Below are positions 24,311-34,006 of a stretch of 36,146 nt of DNA, piece by piece. Numbering within the stretch: the first letter of the stretch is position 1; each line of letters begins with the position of its first letter. The notes under the pieces are model-generated. The model did not search any database. It saw only the letters and a program-made list of their open reading frames with translations, and was not told the DNA's origin. The position numbers were made by a program, and so were the translations under genes. This DNA comes from a virus (taxonomy: Duplodnaviria > Heunggongvirae > Uroviricota > Caudoviricetes), in IMG/VR virus record IMGVR_UViG_3300042870_001427, positions 1-36,146 of that record; one strand, 5' to 3'.

Positions 24311-24825
24311 TGTCTAGCTCAACAATAGATTTATTTTTAACCTATCACTTCCTTAAAAGGCTATCCACCCCCTTTGAGGAATGGGATGCGTACAAGTTAA
24401 AAATTATCGATGCCGAGGGTAATGTTCTTAGAAAAGCAAAGACATTAACTAAGCCCGAGGAAATTAGTGCCTGGGGTTACTTTGATAGATTGGTTGCCAA
24501 TCTTAAAAAACTTCTTGCAAAAGTGCCTGGTGGTAAAACTAAGATTGCCTCTTATGCAGCAGCACTTCTACTAATCAAAGAACATAAAAATCCACGTGAC
24601 ATTGACGATGATGAACTACAGGTTCTAGTCGAAGATCTTTTTAATATGGAATACTCAAGGTTCATTGCCGAAGAGGGTGAAGGAATCACCAATAACGTAG
24701 GTAGTGGTAGAGTAGCTGGATTAGGAGTTGGTGCCCAGGGCGAGCCACCAAAGACTAAAAAAGTAAAAATTAATACCATGTTTAAAAGGAAGATGATTGA
24801 TGTGGATCCTAAAATTCCTTCCTGA
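24310..24825 (+). CDS. conserved T4-like phage hypothetical protein
   Basis: FLKRL.TPF..WDAYKL.IID..G, SYAAALLLIKE; TAATG coupling. Confidence 0.75.
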   Translation: MSSSTIDLFLTYHFLKRLSTPFEEWDAYKLKIIDAEGNVLRKAKTLTKPEEISAWGYFDRLVANLKKLLAKVPGGKTKIASYAAALLLIKEHKNPRDIDDDELQVLVEDLFNMEYSRFIAEEGEGITNNVGSGRVAGLGVGAQGEPPKTKKVKINTMFKRKMIDVDPKIPS

Positions 24826-25246
24826 CTGGATTTTTTACGCAATACTAGTTGCCGGATTACTTGGGTTGTTACTAACCTATGTAATGAAATTCATCCCATT
24901 CGTTTACATCTATAGAACCCCTATCCAGGTTGGTTCTATTTTAGCTATTGTAATTGGAACTTATATGGCCGGGGCCATATCCAATGAAGAAGCATGGCAA
25001 GCACGAGTAAAGGAAATGGAAGACAGGGTAGCAGCTGCCACTGTACAGTCTAATGAAGAGAATGTAAAGATAGTCGAAAAATTAGTTAAGAAGACTGAGT
25101 ACATTACACGTCGTGGACAGGATATAGTTCAATATGTAGATCGTGAGATAGTAAAGTACGATACTAAATTTGCACCTGGTGGTATTTGTGAAATACCAAA
25201 AGAATTTATTGAGGCTCATAATAGGGCGGCAGAGGCACCAAAATGA
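24800..25246 (+). CDS. i-spanin (Rz-like)
   Basis: N-terminal TM segments, periplasmic coiled coil, distal CEIP; overlaps the downstream lipoprotein gene. Confidence 0.7.
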   Translation: MWILKFLPDWIFYAILVAGLLGLLLTYVMKFIPFVYIYRTPIQVGSILAIVIGTYMAGAISNEEAWQARVKEMEDRVAAATVQSNEENVKIVEKLVKKTEYITRRGQDIVQYVDREIVKYDTKFAPGGICEIPKEFIEAHNRAAEAPK

Positions 25247-25551
25247 GAAACGTTGAGAAACAACAAAGAATCAGCACAATACTATTTGTTATAGTGACAG
25301 CAATATTTTTTATTGCAATGTTCTCAGGATGCTCTACTACAGTACCGGTGACGGCTAAGTTTCCCTCTGTGCCAGAAGGGTTAACAGTAAAGTGCCCTCA
25401 ACTAGAAAAATTAAATAGCGAAGCTAAATTAAGCGACATAAGTAAGACCATTACTGTAAATTATACCACTTATTATGAATGTGCAGTAAAGAATGACTCG
25501 TGGATTGAATGGTACACAATTCAAAAAAATATATTTGAAAGTGTAAAGTAA
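25243..25551 (+). CDS. o-spanin lipoprotein (Rz1-like)
   Basis: Signal peptide ending in lipobox FSG-C; Pro-rich stretch, CP.L and NY..YYEC. Confidence 0.75.
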   Translation: MRNVEKQQRISTILFVIVTAIFFIAMFSGCSTTVPVTAKFPSVPEGLTVKCPQLEKLNSEAKLSDISKTITVNYTTYYECAVKNDSWIEWYTIQKNIFESVK

Positions 25552-26856
25552 GTGGCACAATTTAGAACAGATCAACATAAGTTAGATTTCTCCAACAACA
25601 AGACCCGCTATGAGGTGATGATGTTGGATGATAGAATATCTCCGTCTGGTACGATGACGGATGCTTTTGGACGACTAAGAATATCTAGTCCGTTCACTAT
25701 TTTTGATAGCAATCATAGGTTTGCAGATAATGGATTATGGGCAACTTCTAATACAGCCGGAGGAACTTATGCTTTTATTACTAATCAGAGCACTGTAGGT
25801 CTTTCGGTTACCGCGGCAAGTGGTGCAGAGGTAATTAGAGAATCAAAACGAGTATTCTCTTATCAACCAGGTAAGTCATTACTGGTAATGAATACGTTTG
25901 TTATGAATACTCCACAAACTAATTTAAGACAAAGGGTTGGTTACTTTGGTGCCCAGAATGGGGTATATTTAGAAAACGATGGTGTTACTAATTATTTTGT
26001 TTTAAGAAGTTATATTTCGGGTAGTATAGTAGAACAAAGAATTGCGCAAGCAGACTGGAATCGTGATAAGTTTGATGGAACTGGCTATAGTGCTCAAACT
26101 GGAGGATCAGATCATACTGGTGGTATACGTGTTGATAGGTCAAATATTTTATGGTTTGATATTGAGTGGCTAGGTGTAGGTGATGTTCGGTGTGGGTTTG
26201 TGGTCGATGGTAAGATGGTTATTGCGCATGTGTTTCACAATGATAACGTAAACCTAACTCCATACATGACTACTGCATCTCTTCCAATACGGTACGAAAT
26301 CACAAATACTGGAGCAACCGCAGAGTTAAGTATGCTAAAACAAATTTGCTCTACAGTGATTTCTGAAGGTGGATATGAACTAAGAGGTACTCAGATATCT
26401 ATTGGTACAGATATTGTAACTCCTAAAACACTAGGTGCTGCTGGTGCCACCTACTCAATGGTGAGTATAAGATTAAAATCCACTAGATTAAATGCGGTAG
26501 TAATCCCATCTGCAGCCTCTGTACTTCCTGTATCGACAGGAAAATTTATGTGGAAATTAATTCAAAATGGAGTTACTTCGGGAGGGTCGTGGGTATCAGC
26601 TGGGAATGATTCAGCTGTAGAATATAATCTAACAGGCACATCTGTTACTGGCGGTCGAGTTGTTGCTAGTGGACTACTAACAACTACCAATCAATCAACT
26701 ATAAACGTTGATATATTGAGAGCTAGCCTTCTTAAATTTCAACTTGAAAGAGACAGTCTTGCAGGAACACCTGAGGAATTTATTATTGCAATGTCATCTG
26801 ATGGATCAGGCGACACAGCATATGCGACTTTAGATTGGGAAGAAGTGACAAGATAA
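25552..26856 (+). CDS. beta-rich probable structural protein
   Basis: 434 aa; DAFGRLR, YQPGKS, EWLGVG, C-terminal WEE; possible lectin-like beta sandwich. Confidence 0.6.
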   Translation: MAQFRTDQHKLDFSNNKTRYEVMMLDDRISPSGTMTDAFGRLRISSPFTIFDSNHRFADNGLWATSNTAGGTYAFITNQSTVGLSVTAASGAEVIRESKRVFSYQPGKSLLVMNTFVMNTPQTNLRQRVGYFGAQNGVYLENDGVTNYFVLRSYISGSIVEQRIAQADWNRDKFDGTGYSAQTGGSDHTGGIRVDRSNILWFDIEWLGVGDVRCGFVVDGKMVIAHVFHNDNVNLTPYMTTASLPIRYEITNTGATAELSMLKQICSTVISEGGYELRGTQISIGTDIVTPKTLGAAGATYSMVSIRLKSTRLNAVVIPSAASVLPVSTGKFMWKLIQNGVTSGGSWVSAGNDSAVEYNLTGTSVTGGRVVASGLLTTTNQSTINVDILRASLLKFQLERDSLAGTPEEFIIAMSSDGSGDTAYATLDWEEVTR

Positions 26857-26862
26857 TAAATA
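26856..26862 (+). promoter_or_regulatory. late promoter for endolysin
   Basis: ATAAATA 18 nt upstream of ATG 26881. Confidence 0.6.
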
Positions 26863-26880
26863 GTACAATGAGGAACTAAA

Positions 26881-27504
26881 ATGCAACTATCAAAAGAACA
26901 ATTAAAACAGTTACTACCTAAGAACCCTTACATCGATCAATGGCATCATGCCTTAGAGCAGTTACTACCAGATTATGAGATTAATACCGCCCAGCGTATT
27001 GCGGCTTTTATTGCCCAATGCGCCCATGAGTCCGGTGGGTTCACAGCACTACAAGAAAATTTAAACTACAAACCAGCAACACTACGTAAGCTGTTTAGTA
27101 AGTATTTTCCTACAGATGAGTTAGCCGCACAATATTGCGCAAGACCTAATAAACAGGAAGCTATTGCAAATAGAATCTATGCCTCTCGCATGGGTAATGG
27201 TGATGAGTCTTCTGGTGATGGATACAGATATCGTGGCCGCGGTTTAATTCAATTGACTGGTAAAGACAATTATACATTCTTTGCTGGTTCACTACAAATT
27301 TCTGTAGAAGAGGCTGCCGAATACATGGCAACGTTTGAAGGTGCAGCACAATCGGCATGCTGGTTCTGGGAGACAAATAACCTCAATCAATGGGCAGATA
27401 AAGGTGATATTGTAACCTTAACCAAACGTATCAACGGTGGTACTATTGGTCTTGATGATCGTATTAAGCATTACGAACATGCACTTCATGTCTTAGGAGT
27501 TTAA
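26881..27504 (+). CDS. glycoside hydrolase family 19 endolysin
   Basis: AAFIAQCAHESGGF, ENLNY, GDGYRYRGRGLIQLTGKDNY, TKRINGG. Confidence 0.93.
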   Translation: MQLSKEQLKQLLPKNPYIDQWHHALEQLLPDYEINTAQRIAAFIAQCAHESGGFTALQENLNYKPATLRKLFSKYFPTDELAAQYCARPNKQEAIANRIYASRMGNGDESSGDGYRYRGRGLIQLTGKDNYTFFAGSLQISVEEAAEYMATFEGAAQSACWFWETNNLNQWADKGDIVTLTKRINGGTIGLDDRIKHYEHALHVLGV

Positions 27505-27505
27505 T

Positions 27506-27805
27506 ATGAATGATAGAAAATTATTTTATCTTGCTATTGGATTGCTTGTATTACCACTTGCATTAGCATTCTTTGGCGGTGATAGATTCCGTTATCCATG
27601 TCAAGACCCCGATAACTGGGAAAAAGATATTTGTAAACTACCAAAATGTGATGTGACAAGAACTTGTCCTGAACATATTTTTAAAGGTCAGCGTGACCCT
27701 AGACTAGGACCCCCAAAAGATGGACAAACTCAAGCACCTGCGCCAGTGGTTTCAACACCGGCTTGCCAAGCACTACCAACACAAGGAGCAAATTGTGGAA
27801 AATAA
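27506..27805 (+). CDS. membrane-anchored Cys-rich periplasmic protein
   Basis: N-terminal TM then RYPCQDP.NW...C..P.C.....C. Confidence 0.7.
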   Translation: MNDRKLFYLAIGLLVLPLALAFFGGDRFRYPCQDPDNWEKDICKLPKCDVTRTCPEHIFKGQRDPRLGPPKDGQTQAPAPVVSTPACQALPTQGANCGK

Positions 27806-28289
27806 CGCGATCTATACTGAAGAACAATTAATGGCGAGACTGAAATTCTTTATTGGAATTTGCCTGGCCCTTACATTAACAGGTATTGTATTTGTTGTTC
27901 TTTATTCTATCATCTTTGTAACCCAGCCATTAAATGCTATTAGCCCTATTGACCAAAAATTCTTTGAGTTAATTATCCCTATCGCTACATTCCTGACTGG
28001 TACTCTGTCAGGTATTATGCTTGCCGGTGGCGATAAAGATGCACAAAAAGCTGCATTACAAGCTGCCAATAAAGGATGGGACAAACCACCAACACCGATA
28101 CAAAAAAATGAAACAACCAGCCCATCTTCCTTCTCTCCAGCACCTGGCTTTTCTCCAACAGTCACGAATTCGTGGGGATCACAATCCATGGGCGCAGGAG
28201 GCAGCTTTGGAAGCGTATCTCAACCCCAAGTCATCACAGGTTTTGGAGGCAAGCCAGCCCCAGCCCCAGCCCCACAACCAGAGCTCTAA
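27795..28289 (+). CDS. two-TM membrane protein with Pro/Ser/Gly-rich tail
   Basis: GTG start 27795 after AAGGAG; TMs FFIGICLALTLTGIVFVVLYSIIFV and IIPIATFLTGTLSGIMLAG. Confidence 0.7.
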   Translation: MENNAIYTEEQLMARLKFFIGICLALTLTGIVFVVLYSIIFVTQPLNAISPIDQKFFELIIPIATFLTGTLSGIMLAGGDKDAQKAALQAANKGWDKPPTPIQKNETTSPSSFSPAPGFSPTVTNSWGSQSMGAGGSFGSVSQPQVITGFGGKPAPAPAPQPEL

Positions 28290-28505
28290 ATGAACTTCTT
28301 TTCCAGTTTATTATCAGACGGTATAAATGGTACTGTCTCAAGCAAAAGAGTTGTTACACTATTAGCATTTCTAATATGTGCAGGAGGCTTTATTGCTATG
28401 GTATTAGGTTATCCATTAGACTCTAAAATTTATGATTCAATGATGTATATTGTGGTAGCAGGATTAGGGTTTACAGCATCAGAAAAATTCACTAAAAAGG
28501 AATAA
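28290..28505 (+). CDS. holin-like two-TM protein
   Basis: 71 aa, SSKR before TM1, charged C-terminus SEKFTKKE; in lysis cluster. Confidence 0.6.
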   Translation: MNFFSSLLSDGINGTVSSKRVVTLLAFLICAGGFIAMVLGYPLDSKIYDSMMYIVVAGLGFTASEKFTKKE

Positions 28506-28507
28506 AA

Positions 28508-28714
28508 ATGAAATCAGTAGTACTATCAATCGCATTGTTATTTGGTATGACAACCTCTGTGTACGCCGAGGCTGAAAAGACAAAGGTTTGTGTCGATGTT
28601 AAAGATAAAGAAGGCAAGCCTGTTAAAGATGCAAAAGGTAACGTCAAGCAGACATGTAAAGAAATGAAAGTGCATAAGAAGCTCGATGGAACCGCAGTAC
28701 CAGAGAAGAAATGA
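28508..28714 (+). CDS. small secreted Lys-rich protein
   Basis: Signal peptide ending VYA; two Cys flanking a DKEGKPVKDAKG hairpin; AAGGA SD. Confidence 0.65.
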   Translation: MKSVVLSIALLFGMTTSVYAEAEKTKVCVDVKDKEGKPVKDAKGNVKQTCKEMKVHKKLDGTAVPEKK

Positions 28715-28724
28715 GTTAAGGAAA

Positions 28725-28958
28725 ATGGAACTTTTCGATACAACTTCGAGGATTGCTGTCTTGGAAAATCAACTCAATAACTTAGGATCTGAATTGAAAG
28801 AATTCAGACAAGACTCGAAAGAGCAGCACAAACAAATGATGGAGAAGATCGACGACATAGATCAGCGTTTAAACACGATTGAGAGATGGCGTTGGATGAT
28901 CATCGGCGGTGCGGCTGTATTGGGGTTCTTACTTTCACACTTCATCAAGTATAATTGA
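28725..28958 (+). CDS. coiled-coil plus C-terminal TM protein (XhlA/holin-like)
   Basis: ATG 28725 after AAGGA; RIAVLE coiled coil, ERWRWMIIGGAAVLGFLL. Confidence 0.65.
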   Translation: MELFDTTSRIAVLENQLNNLGSELKEFRQDSKEQHKQMMEKIDDIDQRLNTIERWRWMIIGGAAVLGFLLSHFIKYN

Positions 28959-28965
28959 GCAATAG

Positions 28966-28994
28966 TAGATTACAGATGTAGGTTAATATACAAT
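28966..28994 (+). promoter_or_regulatory. sigma70-type promoter for the primase operon
   Basis: TAGATT (28966-71), 17 bp, TACAAT (28989-94). Confidence 0.55.
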
Positions 28995-29022
28995 CACTAT
29001 GTGATGACTGAAAACCTATATT

Positions 29023-30045
29023 ATGATCTACATTGACAACAAGTACATCGGGCTGATATCAGCCCGTCTTCCCCTGTTTAAACGCCGCAACGACTCCTAT
29101 AACTTTAGGTGTGTGCTATGCGGTGACTCACAAACACATAAACATAAGACCCGGGGATACATTTACAAGAAAGACAATAGTATGCTGTACTACTGTCACA
29201 ATTGTCATGCGTCGATGTCACTTGGTAACTTTCTAAAGATCATTGATCCGGAATTGTATAAGGAATATGTACAAGAGAATTTTATAGAGAAGAATGCCGC
29301 GGCAAATGTAATATCTAAACCTGATATTACCCAGATCGTCAGGCCTAAGTACATCACTGACTCACCATTGAAGAAACTCAAAAAGGTATCTCAACTAGAC
29401 TGGGACCATCCAGTCAAGAAGTATGTCAGCAAGAGAAAGATCCCAACCAAGTTCCACGCCAAGTTATTCTATGCACCTAAATTTAAAAGGTGGATCAATG
29501 AGATCATACCTGATAAGTTTAGTGATGTAGAGCATGATGAGCCGAGATTAATTATTCCGTTGATTGATAATGAGCAGAATTGTTTTGGTATACAGGGTAG
29601 GGGGTTTAAGTCTGACGGTATACGTTACATCACAATTATATTTGATGATACAAAGCCAAAGATTTACGGATTAGATGCGGTAGATTTTAATCAAAGAGTT
29701 TACGTGACCGAGGGTCCTATCGACTCTATGTTTCTACCAAATGCAATTGCCATGGCAGGTTCGGATGGGGTTAGAGTTATCAATGAGTTAGCAGGTAATA
29801 ATAAAAAGAATATTGTGTTCGTTTATGATAATGAACCACGCAATAAAGATATTTGCAAGATAATGGATAAAGTGATAGAGATGGGTTATAATACCACTTT
29901 CTGGCCCGATCATATCGAACAGAAAGATATTAACGATATGGTGTTGGCCGGTATTAAGCCAGTCGACATTAAATTAATTATAGACAACAATACATACGTA
30001 GACCTACAGGCGAAGATGAAAATGGTTACATGGAGGAAGTCATGA
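29023..30045 (+). CDS. 61: DNA primase (T4 gp61-like)
   Basis: Zn finger CVLCGDS...CHNC, PRLIIP, QGR, TOPRIM VTEGPIDS and YDNE, KDINDM. Confidence 0.95.
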   Translation: MIYIDNKYIGLISARLPLFKRRNDSYNFRCVLCGDSQTHKHKTRGYIYKKDNSMLYYCHNCHASMSLGNFLKIIDPELYKEYVQENFIEKNAAANVISKPDITQIVRPKYITDSPLKKLKKVSQLDWDHPVKKYVSKRKIPTKFHAKLFYAPKFKRWINEIIPDKFSDVEHDEPRLIIPLIDNEQNCFGIQGRGFKSDGIRYITIIFDDTKPKIYGLDAVDFNQRVYVTEGPIDSMFLPNAIAMAGSDGVRVINELAGNNKKNIVFVYDNEPRNKDICKIMDKVIEMGYNTTFWPDHIEQKDINDMVLAGIKPVDIKLIIDNNTYVDLQAKMKMVTWRKS

Positions 30046-30233
30046 GAATATTAAGTGAATTTATAAGTGATGATGGGGAGAGATCGGCTACTGTTCTTTA
30101 CGCCAACGAAACATCTTTCTGTATAGAGATGTATGAACATAAAGATATAAAAGAACGCAGGTACATTGATAATCATAGTCTTCAATACTGTGAAGATTGT
30201 GCAGAGAATTGGGTCAATGGGGTCATTAGATGA
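30042..30233 (+). CDS. hypothetical protein
   Basis: ATG 30042 after GGAGG; HSLQYCEDCAENWV. Confidence 0.7.
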   Translation: MRILSEFISDDGERSATVLYANETSFCIEMYEHKDIKERRYIDNHSLQYCEDCAENWVNGVIR

Positions 30234-30919
30234 AGGTAAGAGTAATAAGCTTTTCAAAGCCAACCAGGGAGTTACAAAATGAAGGTCTCTACGACGTACA
30301 AGAACTCATCGCATTCTGTGCAAGAGTCTCGAACCCTGCAAACCAACTCAACCTCCAGACCTCAGAAAAACTCATCAAATACCTCATCAAGCACCAACAC
30401 TGGAGCCCCCTTGAGATGTGCAGCGCCTGTCTTGAAATCGAAACCACAAGAGATATCGCGCGGCAAATCCTCCGACATAGAAGTTTTAGTTTCCAGGAGT
30501 TCAGCCAGCGTTACGCAGACCCAACAAAAGATCTACAATTCGTACATCGAGAATTACGTCTTCAAGACCACAACAATAGACAGAACAGCATAGAGGTAGA
30601 CCTTAGGGATGATGAGTATAGATTTAAGGCGTACCAGTGGGAGAACATGCAGAAACGGGTGATCGAGGCAGCTTTAGATGCCTACAACTGGGCAACTGAC
30701 AACGGGGTAGCCAAGGAGCAAGCAAGGGCAGTTCTACCGGAAGGCCTGACCATGTCACGTATGTACATGAACGGAACTCTGCGTTCATGGATCCACTATA
30801 TACAACTACGATCATCCAACGGCACCCAAAAAGAACATATTGAAGTAGCTAGAGCATGCGCCGAGGTGATATCAGAAGTGTTTCCTCTAACACAACAACT
30901 AATACAAAACGGAGAATAA
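30230..30919 (+). CDS. thyX: FAD-dependent thymidylate synthase
   Basis: RHRSFSFQEFSQRY ThyX motif, HWSPLE, EQARAVLP. Confidence 0.96.
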   Translation: MKVRVISFSKPTRELQNEGLYDVQELIAFCARVSNPANQLNLQTSEKLIKYLIKHQHWSPLEMCSACLEIETTRDIARQILRHRSFSFQEFSQRYADPTKDLQFVHRELRLQDHNNRQNSIEVDLRDDEYRFKAYQWENMQKRVIEAALDAYNWATDNGVAKEQARAVLPEGLTMSRMYMNGTLRSWIHYIQLRSSNGTQKEHIEVARACAEVISEVFPLTQQLIQNGE

Positions 30920-32734
30920 ATGGAACAGATAGTTCATGGTATCAGGGTAGACTATTCTCGCGATGCTTTGTTTGATGACTTGGGTATCAAACGATTACGC
31001 GAATCATACATGAAAGAGGACGAAAAATCACCGCAGGAGAGATTTGCGTATGTTTCTAAAGCGTTTGGTACAAATGATGCGCATGCCCAAAAACTTTACG
31101 AATACTCTAGTAAACATTGGCTGTCTTATTCTACCCCCATTCTTTCTTTTGGTAGGAGCTCCCGTGGTCTTCCTATTTCTTGTTTTCTTCCATATCTACA
31201 TGACAGCAGCGCGGGCTTGGTCGATACTTTGGCAGAAGTTAACTGGCTGAGCATGCTTGGCGGAGGAGTTGGAATTGGTATTGGGATTCGTTCTGCTGAT
31301 GATAAATCTGTTGGTGTTATGCCTCATCTTCGCACTTATGATGCATCCTCACTCGCCTACCGCCAAGGGCGGACTCGCCGCGGTAGTTATGCTGCTTACC
31401 TGGATATCTCTCATCCCGACATTCTCATATTTCTTGAAATGAGAAAGCCTACGGGTGATCCAAATATGAGAACCCAGAACTTACATCACGGTATTAACAT
31501 CACCGATGACTTTATGGTTAAGGTTGAAAAGAGTATGTTAGACCCTCTTGCCGATGACACCTGGGAGTTAAAAGACCCACACAACGGTGAGGTAAGGGAG
31601 GTAGTATCAGTCAGGGACTTGTGGCAGCGTATCTTAGAGACAAGAATGCTTACAGGTGAACCATACATTCACTTCATTGATACAAGTAATCGAATGATGC
31701 CTCAGTTCCAGAAGGATCTTGGGCTGAGTATCAAACAATCTAACCTGTGTTCGGAAATCATTCTACCAACAGATAAAGATAGGACGGCTGTATGCTGTCT
31801 ATCATCAGTTAACTTGGAGTACTATGATGAGTGGAAAAATGATCCTGACTTCCTTCTTGTTGTTGCTGAAATGCTTGACAATGTTCTTCAGTATTTTATT
31901 GATCATGCACCTTCCGCCGTTGAACGTGCAAGGTATTCTGCCGGTCGTGAGCGCAGCATTGGTGTCGGTGCTTTGGGCTGGCATGCTTATTTACAACGTA
32001 ATAATATACCGTGGGAATCAGCCATGGCAGTTGGAAGAAACCACCAAATCTTCAAGCACATAAAGAGTAAACTAGATGAAGCTAACCTATCACTCGGCAG
32101 TATTAGGGGCGAGGCTCCTGATTGTCATAACACTGGTCGTAGATTCGCTCATGTTATGGCTATTGCCCCTAATGCTAGCTCTTCCATTCTTATGGGCAAT
32201 ACAAGTCCTTCTATTGAACCTTATCGCGCAAACGCATATAGACAAGACACCCTAAGTGGTTCATCGTTGAATAAGAACAAGTGGTTTGATAAAGTTATCA
32301 TTAAATATTTACAACAAGGTAATCCAGAGCAGGCGTGTGACCAAGCAGAGGTGGATGAAATTTGGTCATCCATTATTGCCAATGATGGTAGTGTTCAGCA
32401 TCTGGATTGGTTGGATGATTGGACAAAGGATGTATTTAAGACGGCTATGGAAATTGACCAGCGCTGGGTAATACAACACGCCGCCGACAGACAGCAGTAT
32501 ATCGATCAAGCACAATCACTCAACATATTCTTCCGTCCTGATGTTAACATTAAGTACTTACACGCCGTTCATTTCCAGGCATGGAAGCAAGGACTAAAGA
32601 CACTTTACTACTGCCGTAGTGAGAAACTTGCCAAGGCCGATAAAGTATCTAAGAGAATTGAACGAATGGTCATACAGGAGTTAGATCTTAAAGCACTTAC
32701 CGAAGGTGATGTTTGTCTTGCATGTGAGGGGTAA
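30920..32734 (+). CDS. nrdA: class I ribonucleotide reductase alpha subunit (no ATP-cone)
   Basis: PISCF, SNLCSE, VCCLSS, APNASSS, KTLYY, C-terminal CLACEG. Confidence 0.96.
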   Translation: MEQIVHGIRVDYSRDALFDDLGIKRLRESYMKEDEKSPQERFAYVSKAFGTNDAHAQKLYEYSSKHWLSYSTPILSFGRSSRGLPISCFLPYLHDSSAGLVDTLAEVNWLSMLGGGVGIGIGIRSADDKSVGVMPHLRTYDASSLAYRQGRTRRGSYAAYLDISHPDILIFLEMRKPTGDPNMRTQNLHHGINITDDFMVKVEKSMLDPLADDTWELKDPHNGEVREVVSVRDLWQRILETRMLTGEPYIHFIDTSNRMMPQFQKDLGLSIKQSNLCSEIILPTDKDRTAVCCLSSVNLEYYDEWKNDPDFLLVVAEMLDNVLQYFIDHAPSAVERARYSAGRERSIGVGALGWHAYLQRNNIPWESAMAVGRNHQIFKHIKSKLDEANLSLGSIRGEAPDCHNTGRRFAHVMAIAPNASSSILMGNTSPSIEPYRANAYRQDTLSGSSLNKNKWFDKVIIKYLQQGNPEQACDQAEVDEIWSSIIANDGSVQHLDWLDDWTKDVFKTAMEIDQRWVIQHAADRQQYIDQAQSLNIFFRPDVNIKYLHAVHFQAWKQGLKTLYYCRSEKLAKADKVSKRIERMVIQELDLKALTEGDVCLACEG

Positions 32735-32737
32735 GCA

Positions 32738-33364
32738 ATGTCATTCCTAGTAGCTAATCTACCTACGGTTAAATGCTTTGTACGTAAAGAGTTTCTCTAT
32801 GATTTCGAAAAGGGGTTTGGAGAGCTTGTACCGTGCTGGTGGGTAAGCATAAAGTCACTACGGGGCCAAGCATTTCGTATTGAGGCATACTTAAACGAGT
32901 ACGGTGCACTCTACGATAAGTTACCGATACATGCATTCTGCTGGAAACAAATTGAAGGTGATCCATTACCCCTTGACTACCTACAATTATGGGATTGCAT
33001 TTCATACGATATAACTGTTATCAAAAAAGCACAACTTCAATCCATGAAGTGTAAGTTTAAAACTAAAGCAGGGAGTTGGATGTATGGGGAGTATCTATTT
33101 ACTGTGGATTCTTGTCATCCTGATTTCAACGTTCTAGACACTGGACTATCTGAAGACGTTGAAGATCACAAATCGTTTAATATCATTAAGTGTGATAACG
33201 GCCAGTTTGCTGCTCAACCTAACAATCGTCTTATTGTACTTGAACCAAGTAGTAACCCTAAAGAACTAAAGATGCCAGACTTTAGAGTGGCTACCAAGCG
33301 TTGGTCAGTTGAGACAGATCCAAAATGGGCGTTAGGGAGCACCAGTACAGTGATGTATGAGTAA
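32738..33364 (+). CDS. conserved phage hypothetical protein
   Basis: 208 aa; VRKEFLYD, GALYDKLP, LQLWDC, YLFTVD, HKS, GQFAAQPNNR. Confidence 0.75.
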   Translation: MSFLVANLPTVKCFVRKEFLYDFEKGFGELVPCWWVSIKSLRGQAFRIEAYLNEYGALYDKLPIHAFCWKQIEGDPLPLDYLQLWDCISYDITVIKKAQLQSMKCKFKTKAGSWMYGEYLFTVDSCHPDFNVLDTGLSEDVEDHKSFNIIKCDNGQFAAQPNNRLIVLEPSSNPKELKMPDFRVATKRWSVETDPKWALGSTSTVMYE

Positions 33365-33998
33365 ACCGGTCATCGCATTATTTTTACATCAACCTAAATG
33401 CTCGGTTCAATGTGGAAATGGTATGATGAAGGCACTAGGTGATAACTATAGATTTAAAATATTTGCCAAGCAAGAAATAGAGGATGACTTTTTCGATGAC
33501 GTTGACATAGTCGCATTCCCAGGCGGTGTTGGAGATTCTGATAGCTGGGATTACTTACTTAAAGGTAATTTAAACCTCATTCGTAAATACATTAAGGGTG
33601 GGGGAAGGTATCTTGGTATTTGTATGGGTGCATACTGGGCAGGAAAAGAATACTTTAATATTTTAGACCACGTAAAAGTAGAACAATACATTAAAAGACC
33701 AAACACCGATACCAGAAGACCTCATGCCAAGGCTATGAAGGTTAACTGGTTGGGTAAAGAGGAGAGAATGTTCTTCTTCGATGGATGTGCATTTGAGGGG
33801 GACAATTATGATACTGTTGCTACCTATCCCAACGGCGATGCAATGGCTATCATACAAGGAAGAATTGGATTGATCGGATGTCATCCAGAGAGTGAACCGG
33901 GATGGTATACATATCACTCATGGATGAAAAGCCATTATCATAATGGTGAACACCATAAACTACTGTTAGATTTTGTAGACAAATTAATAAAAAAATAA
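33357..33998 (+). CDS. BPL_N-like class I glutamine amidotransferase-fold protein
   Basis: FPGG, nucleophile elbow YLGICMGAY, GCHPE (Cys-His-Glu triad). Confidence 0.8.
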   Translation: MSKPVIALFLHQPKCSVQCGNGMMKALGDNYRFKIFAKQEIEDDFFDDVDIVAFPGGVGDSDSWDYLLKGNLNLIRKYIKGGGRYLGICMGAYWAGKEYFNILDHVKVEQYIKRPNTDTRRPHAKAMKVNWLGKEERMFFFDGCAFEGDNYDTVATYPNGDAMAIIQGRIGLIGCHPESEPGWYTYHSWMKSHYHNGEHHKLLLDFVDKLIKK

Positions 33999-34006
33999 AG
34001 GACAAA

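Noticed and set aside
26861-26878. SD-sequestering hairpin at the endolysin gene, as in T4 gene e
   Set aside because: Only about 4 bp (TAGT/ACTA) of pairing; too weak to claim
2758-30041. Longer 5' extensions given by the ORF track (2758, 3032, 5612, 13643, 21181, 27720, 28686, 30030)
   Set aside because: Downstream starts have better SDs or coupling, avoid long overlaps and coincide with domain starts
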